Source: Candidatus Marinacidobacterales bacterium
GTDB taxonomy: Bacteria; Acidobacteriota; Vicinamibacteria; Marinacidobacterales; DATDRI01
Assembly: GCA_965219415.1 (NCBI GenBank)
Contig: CBDCNP010000002.1
Location: forward strand, 3,136,001 to 3,200,000
Length of the DNA: 64,000 nt
Reading direction: 5' to 3'
The notes under the pieces are model-generated. The model was not told the DNA's origin and made no database searches. It saw only the letters and a program-made list of their open reading frames with translations. Below, piece after piece: positions 1-11,663 of this stretch (its first letter is position 1; each line of letters begins with the position of its first letter). A program made the translations under genes and the position numbers.

Positions 1-2183
1 TGAAAGAGCTCTCCGTCGATATCGGTCGTCACTCGAAAGGGGGCCGGCGTGAAGTCCGCAACGAGAACCCGCATCGGGTACCACGTGGTGTTGTCGATAA
101 AATCGGCGGTGAGGCGGAAACTGTACCATCCGACGGCAGCGGTATCGGGGACTCCGAAGTCTCCGGCGAAGTTGCCAAACGAGCTCAGCACGAGGTCTTT
201 GACTTCATGAACCAGCTTGTCGGTCGGGTCGTAGACCTGAAGGGTGTAGCCCTTGGTTGGAGCGGGAACGAAATTTTCATTACTCTGATCGCGCACGTAG
301 ATCTTGAACTGGACGGTGTCGCCCACGCGGTAGACACCCTGCGCGGTGGTTCCCCATGTGGCGATGTGCCCAAACCGCCGGCGATAATTAGTCGGGATCC
401 AGGAGTTATTCGGTCCCTCGGCGCGGGCCATGAAGTCTCCGCTAAGGGGGGTGAGCGCCATTTCACCGTCTTTGTCGACGCGAACGAAAAGCATCGGATC
501 CGGGGACGGGCCTCCCAACCGACGACCGAGCCCCAATGGAAGAGCTCGAGCTTGGGATCGATTTCCGTGGTTCCATCGAGCACTGCCAAGCCCGTCGCGT
601 CGGTCGCGGCTTCACTCAAGATTGCAGGCTCCGCGCCGAGCTCTCTCACGATTCCGGAATACAAAGTCACCCGGGCGCCCTCGACGGGGAGACCGCTCTC
701 GAGATCCGTCACCCAGACCGCGGTGTTTCGATGTCCGACTTTCGAGTGCACCTGGAACGGACTCACGGTAGAGAAAAACCAAGGACGGTCGTTGCTCGTA
801 GCTGGAGTTCGATTCGATGTTCCCCAGTAGTGCCCCGGACCCGCCGCCAAGCCATTCGCGCACGTCGAGCGGGATCCCGTAGGCAATGTTGCAGACTTCC
901 GGTAGGGTTTCGCTCACCGTCGACTGCACCACCCCTCCCGGCGTCACGCCGTTGAATCTGGCGCGTACCTCCTCGAGGTTGGTCACCGTGACCGGGACGT
1001 GCGTCTCGACCTCGGTCTCGAGAACCGAAACTGGGTGAGTAAGGACGAAACGTGGCGGACGATCGTCGGTAAGGAAAGTCAGATCGATGTCGGCGGGCAA
1101 GGACCTGCCGAACTCGTCTTTCAAGATCTCCCGCCTCGGCCTTCAGCTTGTACTCGGCCCGCGACTTCAAGGTCCCCGGAAGTTGCACCCGGTACTCTTG
1201 ATCCTTTCGCCGTGGCCGATTGAGTCGGGAGTAGCTATAAACGTTGTCCCACGGATCGAAGTCGTCTCGGCTCCCTGCCAGATCCGGCTCTACTAATAGA
1301 TGATCGCGCAGCACCTCCTTGATGACCGGTGAGGAGAACAGTAAGACGGCGCCTCGCATCGGGTTACAGGCTCGCGCGGTACGCACCAAGGCGCTCGGTG
1401 GAACAAGGATCGATTCCCCATCGTTGTCGCGGCAACGGACTCCCAGGAAGCGATGCTCGGGGAAGGTGAAAAACTCGACGACTGTCTTGGCCTTCTACGC
1501 TCGGCTCGGGTCCCAGCTTGGATTCGAGACCCGGCTCGACCTTCAAATGAACCCGGGTGTTGAGAGGAAGCTCGCGCACCGGTTCCGCGATCCAGTTGTC
1601 AGCGTGGTTCTGGACGCTTGTGGGCGACATCGCAAGAGCGACTCGCTCGCCTCCGGGAAGCTCCAGATACAAATGCTGTCCGAGCGATGCCGCTTCCACC
1701 GGCTGGTTGAGGTTCAGAAAGATCTCCGGAGTGCCCGGACTGTGCCAGGTGCGAAAGTTCGCGTACTGTACCGCGGGACGTTGGGTCGTGAACTCGTGGG
1801 TCTCGTCGGCAGGGAGCCGGCTTCCATCTTGAGCGGTAAGCGTCGGTGCAACGTCGAGTACATACCTTGTTGCCGGCGCCATGTCGTCTTCCCCGAGCTG
1901 GCAAGCGAGAGCCGACGTACTGATCCATCGCCACTCGCACTCGAGTGAAGGCTCGATGGTTATGGGAATCTCACTGGGATCCCGATCCATTCTGCCGATC
2001 GGTACCACCGGGCGGTCGAACTGGAAGACAATCTGTCGGCCGGGTGGGACGTCCTCGCCGGCGGGCGTGACGGAGAGCAGCTCGAGGGGGCCCTGCGCCG
2101 CGCCGACGCCCGGCCCGAACAAAAATTACCAGGACGGCGGCGACACTAATCGCGAGAATCCGAGCCAGAGTGGGAAAGCTCAT
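1..2183 (-). CDS. Bacterial alpha-2-macroglobulin family protein, N-terminal part (Ig-like/MG domains), multiply frameshifted, runs off the left end
   Basis: Consecutive ORFs 1971-2264, 1364-2122, 763-1389, 612-1124 and 185-886 join into signal peptide MSFPTLARILAISVAAVLVIF, then ITPxG..QIVFQFDRPVV, CEWRWISTSALAC, VWVTDLESGLPVEGARV and an MG2-like region near 300-360. Confidence 0.75.
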
Positions 2184-2356
2184 GTTTCCAAGAGAAATTA
2201 AGTTGTTTGTGGAACCCTTTCTATTGTAGCACGATCGATGCGATTTCCGGGAGAACACATCCATCCCCGTGCATCTGAAGACACGTTTCGGTTGGATCGT
2301 CTGACAAGCTCACCCTATAGGGCAGTCGGGATTGGAGGGCTTTGGACGGGGTGAAA

Positions 2357-3150
2357 TCAGTGAAAGACGGCAGCCTCGCCTTTTTCGGCGATCGTTGCTT
2401 CCACGTGCTCGACCAAGGCATCGCGCCGCATCGCGATGGCGTCGACCTGTTGCCGCAGCAGCAAACGATCCAGGCGGATCTCGAGGCTCATCGATTCGAT
2501 CTCTTTCATCTTCTGCACCAAGTCGGGGTCGAATCGCATCGGTAGTTTGTCTGGATCTCTGTCGAGCTCCTGTGTGCTCATGAACGCCTGCGAGTGGTCG
2601 ATAAGAACGATGTTCCACTTCCCATCCACCATGAAGTCACGCGAGCTGCGGTGGGCGTTGCTGATGAGACTATCGAAGAGCCTCATGCGGGAGAGCTCCT
2701 TTTCCCATTCCGCCGAATCGGGGACTTGGTCTTGCATATCCTCGTACATTTTGCACCCGTTCACCCAGAGTTGAAGGGATCCCATTTGGCCACCGATTTC
2801 TCGAACGACCGTTGGGTGTACCATTCCTAACTCGAGAAAACGGTCGAGCTTATAGGCGGCGACTTCTGCCTGATAGCTCTCCCAGCCCCACTCCTGGCGG
2901 CCCGCGTTGGATCGGTTTCCAGACCGCATCGATGGTGCGGCCCTCGTCCTTCAGCGTCACCTTTCTGGGTTTGTTCCGCCCGCTACCGAGATCCTTTCAT
3001 GGACACGATCTCGCCGCTCCTCAGGATTTTCTCGTAATCCCGCGGGCTATCGAGCCAGGTCTTGGACGACTCTTGACCAGCCTGAGCAAGCTGAGCGACC
3101 GCCACCAGGCCCAGCAGGGCGAAAAGAATAGGAGGGCTCGGTTTCATCAT
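2357..3150 (-). CDS. Secreted atypical kinase-fold protein (PI3/4-kinase/HipA/Fam20-like), two frameshifts
   Basis: GGAGG RBS and a signal peptide. Rejoining frames at ~2995 and ~2900 gives DLGSGRNKP..AVWK..AEVAAYKLD..GSLQLW..FDSLISNAHR..LIDHSQAF. Confidence 0.65.
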
Positions 3151-3259
3151 GGCCTGTTCCCTCCAGGAGGACGGGTGCCTGAAAAGAATAATGTGGTAAA
3201 AGCGGAAAAGCAATCCGCTCTTTGACTTTTGAGCGGGCACCGGGCTATTTTCAACTGGC

Positions 3260-4397
3260 ATGTCCGTCACCCGCGGCACACGACTCGGTTCCTACGAAAT
3301 CCTCGACACCATTGGCTCTGGCGGGATGGGCGAAGTCTACCGGGCACGCGACACCAAGCTGGGGCGAGACGTTGCGATCAAAGTTCTCCCCGAAGATCTC
3401 GCGTCGGATCCGGAGCGACTGCGGCGCTTCGAACAGGAAGCCCGGTCTGCCTCGGCGCTCAATCACCCCAACATTATTACCATCTACGATATAGGTGAGG
3501 AAGCCTCCCTCCACTACATCGCGATGGAGCTCGTCGACGGAAAGACGCTGCGGGAGATCCTGTCGGACGGACCGCTCCCCTTCCGCCGACTCCTCGCGTT
3601 AGCCTCCCAGGCAGCGGACGGTCTGGCGAAGGCGCATGCCGCGGGAATCGTCCACCGCGATCTCAAGCCCGAGAATCTAATGGTGACCGAGGATGGCTTC
3701 GTCAAGATCCTGGATTTTGGGACTCGCGAAGCTCGATCCCGAAGCCAAAGAAGCGAATTCGCAAATCGCATGCGAGCCATCGAGCTGGACCCCAGTTCTT
3801 CTCCCGCACGTCACCGATACGCGAACTACTTATGGACGATGAAGCGGCTGGATGAAGCCGCCGAACACCTGGAGAAAGCCCAGGATTTGGATCCCCTCTC
3901 ACTCATGATCGCTGTGGATCGGGCCCGCACACATTACTTCTCCGGGGAATATGACCGGGCCGTCGAGGGATATCAAGAAATCCTCGCCTTGGATCCAAAT
4001 TTCCACCGTGCGCGGACTGTTCGTGGGAATCTCTTACGAGCACCTTGAGATGTATGAGAAAGCGGTTGCGGAGATTGCCACCGTATTTCGGCGTGCGGGC
4101 GCTAACCAGACTGCTTCCGCAATAGAGAAGGCCTACGCCGAATCGGGTGACCTGGGGGCGCTGAGAGCGTGGGCCGATTCATTGAAAGCCGCCCCGCGCG
4201 GTGGTGCGCAACCGACGAGCATCGCGATGATCTACTGTCGCCTGGGAGATAAAGAACGGGCGTTCGAGTTCCTAGAACAAGGCTACCAAGAACGAACGCG
4301 AGGCCTGGTGTACCTTCAGGTAGAACCGCAGTACGATCCGATCCGCAGCGATCCGAGATTCCAGGACATGCTAGCTCGAATGAATTTCCCGAAGTGA
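3260..4397 (+). pseudogene. Hanks-type Ser/Thr kinase-TPR protein with large internal deletion
   Basis: [22 protein letters not shown] and DFG are present. At ~3770 the sequence jumps to TPR repeats (RAIELDP) and ends with the DPIRSDPRF tail. The kinase C-lobe is missing and there is a further frameshift near 4020. Confidence 0.85.
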
Positions 4398-4419
4398 TAC
4401 CAAGAAAGGAGCAGGGCCA

Positions 4420-4836
4420 GTGATGAAGACATTCCATGTGTTGGGGGCAATTGCCCTTCTGTTCGGACTCGTTTCGTGCCAACCCGCGCAGCAGGCGCAG
4501 CAAGCTGAGCCGGCGGAGCCTCCCATGAAAGAGGAACCCGTCAAGCTATCACCTGCTGAGCAAATGGAGAAAATCAATGCGGCGCTCGACGACACCAAGT
4601 CCGAGCTGGCCAACGCCGGCAAATACAGCTGTTGCACCTTTCCGAGCTGCAATTGGTGCGCTCTCCACGAAGGACAATGTGCCTGCTACCCGAACGTCGA
4701 GGCCAAGAAAGAGGTCTGCCCCGGATGCGGTCTCGGTTGGCACAATGGCAACGGAATGGTGGATGGCTTTACGGCCAAGGATGTGAAATGGAACATCACG
4801 CATGAGCATCCCGCTGAGGGAGGTCACGCCCACTGA
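4420..4836 (+). CDS. Cys-rich lipoprotein of unknown function
   Basis: AAAGGAG RBS, lipobox LVSC, 8-Cys cluster, His-rich C-terminus. Confidence 0.75.
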   Translation: MMKTFHVLGAIALLFGLVSCQPAQQAQQAEPAEPPMKEEPVKLSPAEQMEKINAALDDTKSELANAGKYSCCTFPSCNWCALHEGQCACYPNVEAKKEVCPGCGLGWHNGNGMVDGFTAKDVKWNITHEHPAEGGHAH

Positions 4837-4847
4837 GGAGGTTAACG

Positions 4848-5483
4848 ATGAAAACCAAAGTGGCAAGTGTATTCGTGGGACTATTGGTCGTGATGGCGAC
4901 CCACCTGGGCGCACGCGCGGAAACGCAGCAGCCACGAGCCAAATCGGTCAAGAAAGATCTTACCGCGGTGGAGCCCGATCCGAACGACACCAAGGTCTTC
5001 CCTCTCTACTCGTGGAATCAACGGCTCCCCGGGACCAAGCGTTTCGAACTGGTCTTCAACGGTAGTGGAGTACTCGACCGAGAGACCGGGTTGGTATGGC
5101 AGCGCTACATCGGTGGGAGTCACGATGGTCTTAATTGGCAGGGTGCGCTGCAGTATTGCTGGCAAGCCCAATCTGGAAAGCGTATGGGATGGCGTCTTCC
5201 TACCGCGGAGGAGTTCACCAGCCTTTTGGAGGTTGGTGGGCGGACCGGTCGAGAACCTCGGCTACCAGCCGGCCACCCGTTCAAGTCCGACAAGGGACAA
5301 AACTTTCGGGGTGGCGGTGTTTTTTGGTCGAGCAGCCGATTCCTGCCCCCCCACGAATCGAGCGTCAGGGAGATCGTGATGCAGTGCGGTACATATGACG
5401 GTTACAACGGCTTTCCGTTCTCCACCGTCAGCACCATGAAGGGCTCGGTGTGGTGCGTACGCGGAAACAACAACTCCAACTAA
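4848..5483 (+). CDS. Secreted DUF1566 (Lcl C-terminal, C-type lectin-like fold) protein
   Basis: GAGGAGG RBS, signal peptide, motifs VLDRETGLVWQ, WQGALQYC, GWRLPTAEE, FWSSS and terminal VWCVR. Confidence 0.8.
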   Translation: MKTKVASVFVGLLVVMATHLGARAETQQPRAKSVKKDLTAVEPDPNDTKVFPLYSWNQRLPGTKRFELVFNGSGVLDRETGLVWQRYIGGSHDGLNWQGALQYCWQAQSGKRMGWRLPTAEEFTSLLEVGGRTGREPRLPAGHPFKSDKGQNFRGGGVFWSSSRFLPPHESSVREIVMQCGTYDGYNGFPFSTVSTMKGSVWCVRGNNNSN

Positions 5484-5492
5484 GTGATCGCC

Positions 5493-6335
5493 ATGGCAAA
5501 GAACAGAGTAGAAAACAAGGTAAGTCTCGACAACCCGGACATCAGCCAACCGAATCGCAAGAAGATCAAGAACAAAATCTATGAGAAGGTCCTCGCCGGT
5601 TTCCAAGTAGAGCTGGTCAAGCTTCAGAAGTGGATCAAGGACAAGGGCCTCAAGGTCGTCGTGATCTTCGAGGGCCGAGATGCGGCGGGCAAGGGTGGCT
5701 CCATCCGACGCATTACGCAAAGTCTCAATCCGCGCATCTGCCGGGTGGTGGCGCTCGGGACGCCCACCGAGCGAGAGAAAACGCAATGGTACTTCCAACG
5801 CTACGTCGCTCACCTCCCGACCGCGGGAGAGATGGTTCTCTTCGATCGAAGCTGGTACAACCGGGCGGGCGTCGAGCGGGTGATGGGGTTCTGTACCGAG
5901 GAGGAGTATCAAGAGTTCCTCCGTTCCGCACCGGAGTTCGAGCGCATGCTGGTTCGCTCCGGCGTTCAGGTCATCAAGTACTGGTTCTCGGTGAGCGATG
6001 AAGAACAGGAGCGTCGGTTCAAACAGCGCATCAAGGACCCCATTCGCCGCTGGAAGATCAGCGAGATGGACTTGAAATCGCGCGGGAAATGGGTCGAGTA
6101 CTCGATGGCCAAGGACGAGATGTTCAAATACACCGACATCAAGCAAGCGCCCTGGTTCGTCGTGCTTGCGGACGACAAGAAGCGGGCCCGACTCAATGTA
6201 ATCGCTCACTTGCTAGATCAGATTCCCTACAATGAGCTCAAGGACCCCAAGATCAAATTGCCGGATCGCCAGGAGAACGTCGGTTACGTTCGGCCGCCGA
6301 TCACCGAACAGACTTTTGTTCCCGAAGTGTACTAG
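5493..6335 (+). CDS. ppk2: Polyphosphate kinase 2
   Basis: FEGRDAAGKGG Walker A, QWYFQRY, FDRSWYNRAGVERVMGFC, DDKKRARLN. Confidence 0.97.
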   Translation: MAKNRVENKVSLDNPDISQPNRKKIKNKIYEKVLAGFQVELVKLQKWIKDKGLKVVVIFEGRDAAGKGGSIRRITQSLNPRICRVVALGTPTEREKTQWYFQRYVAHLPTAGEMVLFDRSWYNRAGVERVMGFCTEEEYQEFLRSAPEFERMLVRSGVQVIKYWFSVSDEEQERRFKQRIKDPIRRWKISEMDLKSRGKWVEYSMAKDEMFKYTDIKQAPWFVVLADDKKRARLNVIAHLLDQIPYNELKDPKIKLPDRQENVGYVRPPITEQTFVPEVY

Positions 6336-6364
6336 GAAGAAGAGACCATCTTAGAGGAGACCGG

Positions 6365-7005
6365 ATGTCCCAATTGAAAAACTTGCGCACTTCCCTTGTT
6401 CTCGTAGCCCTGCTTGCCGCCACGCCTTCCTTCGCCGGCGACGGCGAAATCACCGGCTTCATCGGAGGACTTCTCGGCGGCGACCTCAACGCGCTTGAAG
6501 CAGGAGATGTCGTGAGCTCGTTCGAGAACGGTCTCGTCTACGGGGTTCGAGGAGGCTGGTACGGACACCCGTTGGCGGTGGAAGGAAGCTTTGCGTACGC
6601 CCCAAGCGGATTGACGGGCGTCGTCGAAGACAACGTCTTCGCCGTGGACACGCGTGTAACGTATCTCGACGCAAACTTTCTCCTCATTATCCTACCCACC
6701 GCAGTCTCGCCCTTCGTGACTGGCGGCGTGGGCCTTCAGAGCTTCGATTTTCAGGGAGACATCGCGCCAGCCGCGCTCTTCAGTGTGGACTTGGTGACGG
6801 TCAACAAGTTCGGCTTTAACTTCGGCGCTGGGGTGAAAGCCAATATCAAGAGGATGACACTGCGACTAGATATCTGCGATCATCTGACGACTTTTACCCA
6901 GGATGACTTCGGCCTGCTCGGGCAGATCGCCGAGATCGCGGGAATCACCTTCGACGAGACGGTTCACAACGTGGAGGTCTCGTTCGGAGGGGGATTCGAT
7001 TCTAG
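6365..7005 (+). CDS. Outer-membrane beta-barrel protein (OmpA/OMP_b-brl-like)
   Basis: Signal peptide and alternating beta strands (SPFVTGGVG, FGFNFGAGVK). Correcting the G-run at ~6990 gives a terminal ..GIRF* (TAG 7003-7005), a typical beta-signal. Confidence 0.75.
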
Positions 7006-7141
7006 AGCAATCGCGACGCAGATGAGCGGTTCGATGTTCACACCGAAACCGGAACGGTCCCTCAGAAGACTCGAATTCATTTTTCTTTTAGTGTAACAGC
7101 GGTGGAACTTCTGACCAACCTTCGGCGTTATAAGTAGTGTT

Positions 7142-7381
7142 ATGGGAAATCTCGTGAAAGACCTCAAGTACGGCTTGCGGATGTTGCTCGCCCACCCTGG
7201 CTTCTCGGCGCTGGCGGTGCTCTCGTTGGCCCTAGGCATCGGCCTCAATACGACCATCTTCAGTATCGTCAACTCGGTGCTGCTCCGGCCGGCGCCGGTG
7301 GTGAAACCTGACGAGCTCGTCGAGATCTACTCGCGCAGTTCCGAGGGGTTCGAGTATTCAACGACTTCTTACCCCGGGTAA
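7142..7381 (+). pseudogene. ADOP/MacB-FtsX family ABC permease, N-terminal fragment only
   Basis: [39 protein letters not shown], then stops at a junction with an opposite-strand paralog. Confidence 0.85.
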
Positions 7382-8903
7382 CAAGGGTGGGTTAAAGCTC
7401 ACGCCGCTGACCGACTCTACACCCGGGAGCGAGCCGAGCCGCCGCGACAACTCTTGGAAGTGCGAAATACGCTGGTGGGGTTCGGCAAAGGACTCGCCGC
7501 GAAGTGAACTCCGAGCATTGAGTATCGGCTCGATGTCGAAGCCGGCGTCGAAGCTCTTGAGGTTCCGGAAGCTCTGGATCATCAATCCCGCACCCACCAT
7601 CAGGACCAGCGCGAGGGCGACCTCGGCGACCACGACGCTATTGCCGAATCGACGAGCCCCTCGTGAGAAGGCGGGGCTGCGCCCTCCTTGCTTCAGGGGA
7701 TCGATGAGATCGATTTTGCCGGCTTGCCGAGCCGGCGCCAGACCGAAGGCAATGCCGGTGAGCAGTGATACCCCCACCGTAACCAGCAAAACGGTGGGGT
7801 CGATACCCACGTGCTCGAGAAAGGGCACCGCGCCGGGTGGAACAATTTGCAACAACGGCCGGAGACCCCAAGCCGCGAGCGCCACGCCGATCCCACCACC
7901 GAGGCCGGCCAGCAATACGCTTTCCGTCAAGAGCTGTCGAGCCAACCGCAGGCGGCTTGCCCCGAGCGCGGTACGCAAAGAGATCTCTCGCGAACGCTCC
8001 GAAGCCTTGGCCAAAGTGAGATTCGCCACGTTGGCGCAAGCGATGAGCAGCACGAAACCGACCGCGGCCAGCAGGACCAAGAGCGTCGGCCGGATGCCAC
8101 CGATCACTTCGTCGCGAATGGGCGTGATGCGAACGCCCCAATCGGTGTGCGTCGCCGGGAAGTCCGCCGACAGCCGCTCGGCCACTGTACTCATTCCTGC
8201 CTGGGCTCGAGAGAAGCTGGTCCCGGGCCGGAGACGACCGTAAACCGCGAGACCCCGAGTGCTCCGTTGGTTATCCTGTCCGTCCAGCACCAGCGGGACC
8301 CAGAGATCGGGTTGCACCGCGAAGATATGAACACTAACGAAGTCCTGTGGCATGACACCGACGACGGTGTAGGGCTCGTCATCCAAAAGGATCGTCTCGC
8401 CGGTGACGCCCTCATCCCCGCCGAGTATCCTTTGCCAAAGGGGATAACTGATGATCACCACTCGATCCTTGCCGGCATGCTCCTCTTCCGGCATGAAGAC
8501 ACGACCGAACATGGGCTTCACTCCAAGGAGGTCGAAGTAATTCGAGGTGACCTGATGGGTGAGCGGCACCAAGGGCTCGTCGCGCATAGAAACCCGGAGG
8601 CTGTTGTTGAAGATGGCGGCCAGTTCGGTGAAGGCGGGGTTGGCCTCTCGCCAGGACAAGAAGTTGCCCGGCGAAACGGGGACGCGGTTCGTCCCTCCTC
8701 TCGCCGTGGCGTCTTCCCACAGCATGACGACGTCTTGCTCGTCCTGATAAGGGAGCGAGTGCAGGAGAACACCGTTGACGACACTGAAGATGGCGGTTGG
8801 CACCGATGCCCAGAGCGAGCGACAAGACCGCGGCCCCGGTGAACCATGGACTCCGGGCGAGCGTACGAAGTCCATAACGAAGGTCTTGGACTAAATCCCC
8901 CAT
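7358..8903 (-). pseudogene. ADOP-family duplicated ABC permease, C-terminally truncated, frameshift near 8805
   Basis: [59 protein letters not shown]. The second FtsX half is missing. Confidence 0.85.
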
Positions 8904-9064
8904 CTTGTCCCCTTCATCCCGCCATCATCGAAGTCAGGCTCCCGATTCCTCGATTTCGCCATCATGGCACAAGCCTCGGTGGCTCCCAAGTTACGCGACG
9001 ATGCAAGATTGTACGAACCTTGGGTCGCGTGAATACGTAATGGCCCAGTAAGGAACTCGAGCCC

Positions 9065-11490
9065 ATGACGGAACTAACCCGGGACCTTCGCTATGCCTTC
9101 CGACAGCTCATACACCGGCCGACCTTCGCCCTGATCGTCGTTATGACCATCGCCGTGGCCATCGGGGCCAACGCGGCGATCTTTTCGATTGCGGATGCCC
9201 TCATTCTGAGGCCGTTTCCCCTCCCGGAGATCGACCGGCTGGTGCAGCTTTGGGGAACCATCCCCCAGCAGAGCGTGGAACACGACGGAGTCTCGGCCGC
9301 CAATTTCCTGGACTGGAAAACGCAGGCGAGCTCGTTCGAGCGACTAGTGGCCCACGATTGGTGGGAGGTGAACATGACCGGTGCCGAGCAGCCGGAGCGC
9401 GTTCAAGGAACACGGGTCTCTCCGGACTTCCTGGAAACGCTCGGTATCCAGCCGTTCATGGGGCGCACCTTCCTCGCCGACGAGAAGGTTCCCGATTCGC
9501 GGACGGTCTTCTTGAGTCACCGGCTATGATCGAGCCGTTTCGCACTCGATCCCGAGATACTAGGAAAGACTCTGCTCCTGAACGGTGAACACTATGAGGT
9601 CGTCGGGATCGCTCCGCCCGGTTTCCAATACCCCTGGGGCTCCGACCTCTGGGCACCCCTCCATTTCGATCCCGAAGAGGCGGCTCGGCGGGATTGGAAT
9701 AATTTGACCGTCGTCGGCCGCATGAAAGCCGGCGTTTCGGTTCAAGACGCGCAGGGTGAGATGGACTTGATCGCGGCCAGGCTGGGGCGAGAGCACCCGG
9801 AGACGAACTCCGGTCACGGCGTTCGAGCTCAAGGCTGAATCGAGCGGTCATCGATATGGGGACTCCCGCCTTCATCGGCTTATTCCAATCCGCGGTCCTC
9901 TTCGTCCTCCTCATCGCTTGTGTGAACGTTGCCAATCTAGTGCTCGCTCGAGGGGCAGATCGGCAAAAAGAATTGTCCCTGAAGCTCGCTCTCGGGGCCA
10001 GTCGCTTCCGTATCGTCCGCCAGCTCCTCACCGAAAACTTGGTGCTTGCCTCGATCGGTGCCGTCTTGGCCTTGCCGTTGGCCTGGGTCGGGATCGAGCT
10101 CTTGCGTAATGGCCTTCCCGCCCACATCGCAAGATTCGTGACCGGTTGGGAGCGGATCGACCTCGACTGGCGGGTGATGGTCTTTACTGGAGTGGCGGCG
10201 CTCCTTACCACTCTCCTCTTCGGCTTGCTCCCTGCTCTTCAGGCGACTCGACCCGATCTAGCGGTCGCGCTCAAGGAGGGAGGACGTGGCGGCTCGGATG
10301 GCACCGATCGCCAGCGCAGCCGCAGTGCCCTCGTGATCGCCGAGGTTGCGGTTACTCTCATGCTCCTCGTCGCCTCCGGCCTCAGTATCCGCGGCACGGT
10401 TCGATTGCTGGAAGCGGATCAGGGATACCAGCCGAACGGCTTGATGACGATGTACCTGACCTTGACCGAAAAAGAGTACGACGACGACGCGCGATGTATA
10501 CAGTTCTACGAAGACGTGCTGGATGGCGTGCTAGCATTACCGAAGGTCATATCCGTCAACGCCGTAAACACGCTACCCTCTAGTGCGTTTGGTTCATCGA
10601 GAACCGTCGAGATCGAGGGTCAAGCGGTCGCTCGAAACGCCGATCACCCTTGGATCAATTTTCGCGTCATTTCACCAGGCTATTTCGAGACGATGCGCAT
10701 CCCGATCCTCGCCGGGCGGGTCTTCACCGAGCACGATCGCGAGGACGGCCTCCAGGTGGCCATGGTGAGCAAGTCCATGGCGGAGCGCTTTTGGCCCAAC
10801 GCCGATCCCATCGGCAAGCGATTTCGTAACACGAGCTCGGAAGATGCACCGTGGCTGACCGTCGGCGGCGTCGCGGGTCAGGTGACGCACAACTGGTTTA
10901 TGGGGTCGGAGGTGTCGACATTCTACCGACCGCTCGCGCAGAAGCCCCACCGGCGCATGGCGCTGGTCATTCGCACCCAAGGTGAGCCGACCACGATCAC
11001 GCCCGCGGTTCGAACCGTGCTCTCCAAAGTCGATCCTCACCAGCCGATCTATGAAGTCCGCACCATGAAGCGTGTCATCTCCGAGCGTATGATCGGGTTG
11101 AAGTACCTCGCGGTGGTGATGAGCATTTTCGGAGTCCTTGCACTCGTGCTCTCGGCGGTAGGCATCTACGGCTTGATGGCCTACTCGGTCAGCCGCCGCA
11201 CGCATGAGATCGGAATCCGTGTTGCGCTCGGAGCCGGCCGCCGCGATGTGCTCGGTCTCATCGTCCGAAAGGCCGTCAAGATCACACTCCTCGGCGTTGC
11301 CATCGGCCTGCCGCTCGCGTTTGGAGCGGGCCAGGCGATGGTCGCGTCGCTCTTCGGCGTGGTATCCATGGATCCGATGACCTTCGTCGCCTTCGCGCTG
11401 GGCTTGACCGCGATCTCGCTGCTCGCAGGCTACGTACCGGCGCGACGGGCGCTGGAGGTCGATCCCGCCCAGGCGTTACGCGTGGAGTGA
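9065..11490 (+). CDS. ADOP-family duplicated ABC permease, full span but with in-frame TGA (9527) and frameshift (~9830)
   Basis: DLRYAFRQL.., LLIACVNVANL, RRTHEIGIRVALGA, PARRALEVDPAQALRVE. The TGA sits where Trp of RLW is expected. Confidence 0.88.
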
Positions 11491-11618
11491 CAACCAGCGT
11501 CTGAGTTTCCCCTCAAGACGTAGGAGTTTCCCTCCACTATCGCCCGTACTCCCCGACCGTCATTTGGCTAAATGGCTGTCATTGCAGGCGATCTAGCTTG
11601 CGGCCCGAGGGTCATAAC

Positions 11619-11634
11619 TGGCGCGATAGTTGCC
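11619..11634 (+). promoter_or_regulatory. Sigma-54 (-24/-12) promoter
   Basis: TGGCGCGATAGTTGCC matches TGGCACG-N4-TTGC with correct spacing and is followed by AAAGGAG and ATG. Confidence 0.7.
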
Positions 11635-11663
11635 ATAGGGATTGAGTGGCTTAAAGGAGAGAA

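Noticed and set aside
5380-5483. DUF1566 C-terminus as a diversity-generating retroelement variable region
   Set aside because: No reverse transcriptase and no adenine-variant template repeat were seen in the window. A remote DGR cannot be excluded.
9527-9529. In-frame TGA as selenocysteine or recoded Trp
   Set aside because: The position corresponds to TGG. TGA is used as a normal stop across the window and the same gene is also frameshifted.
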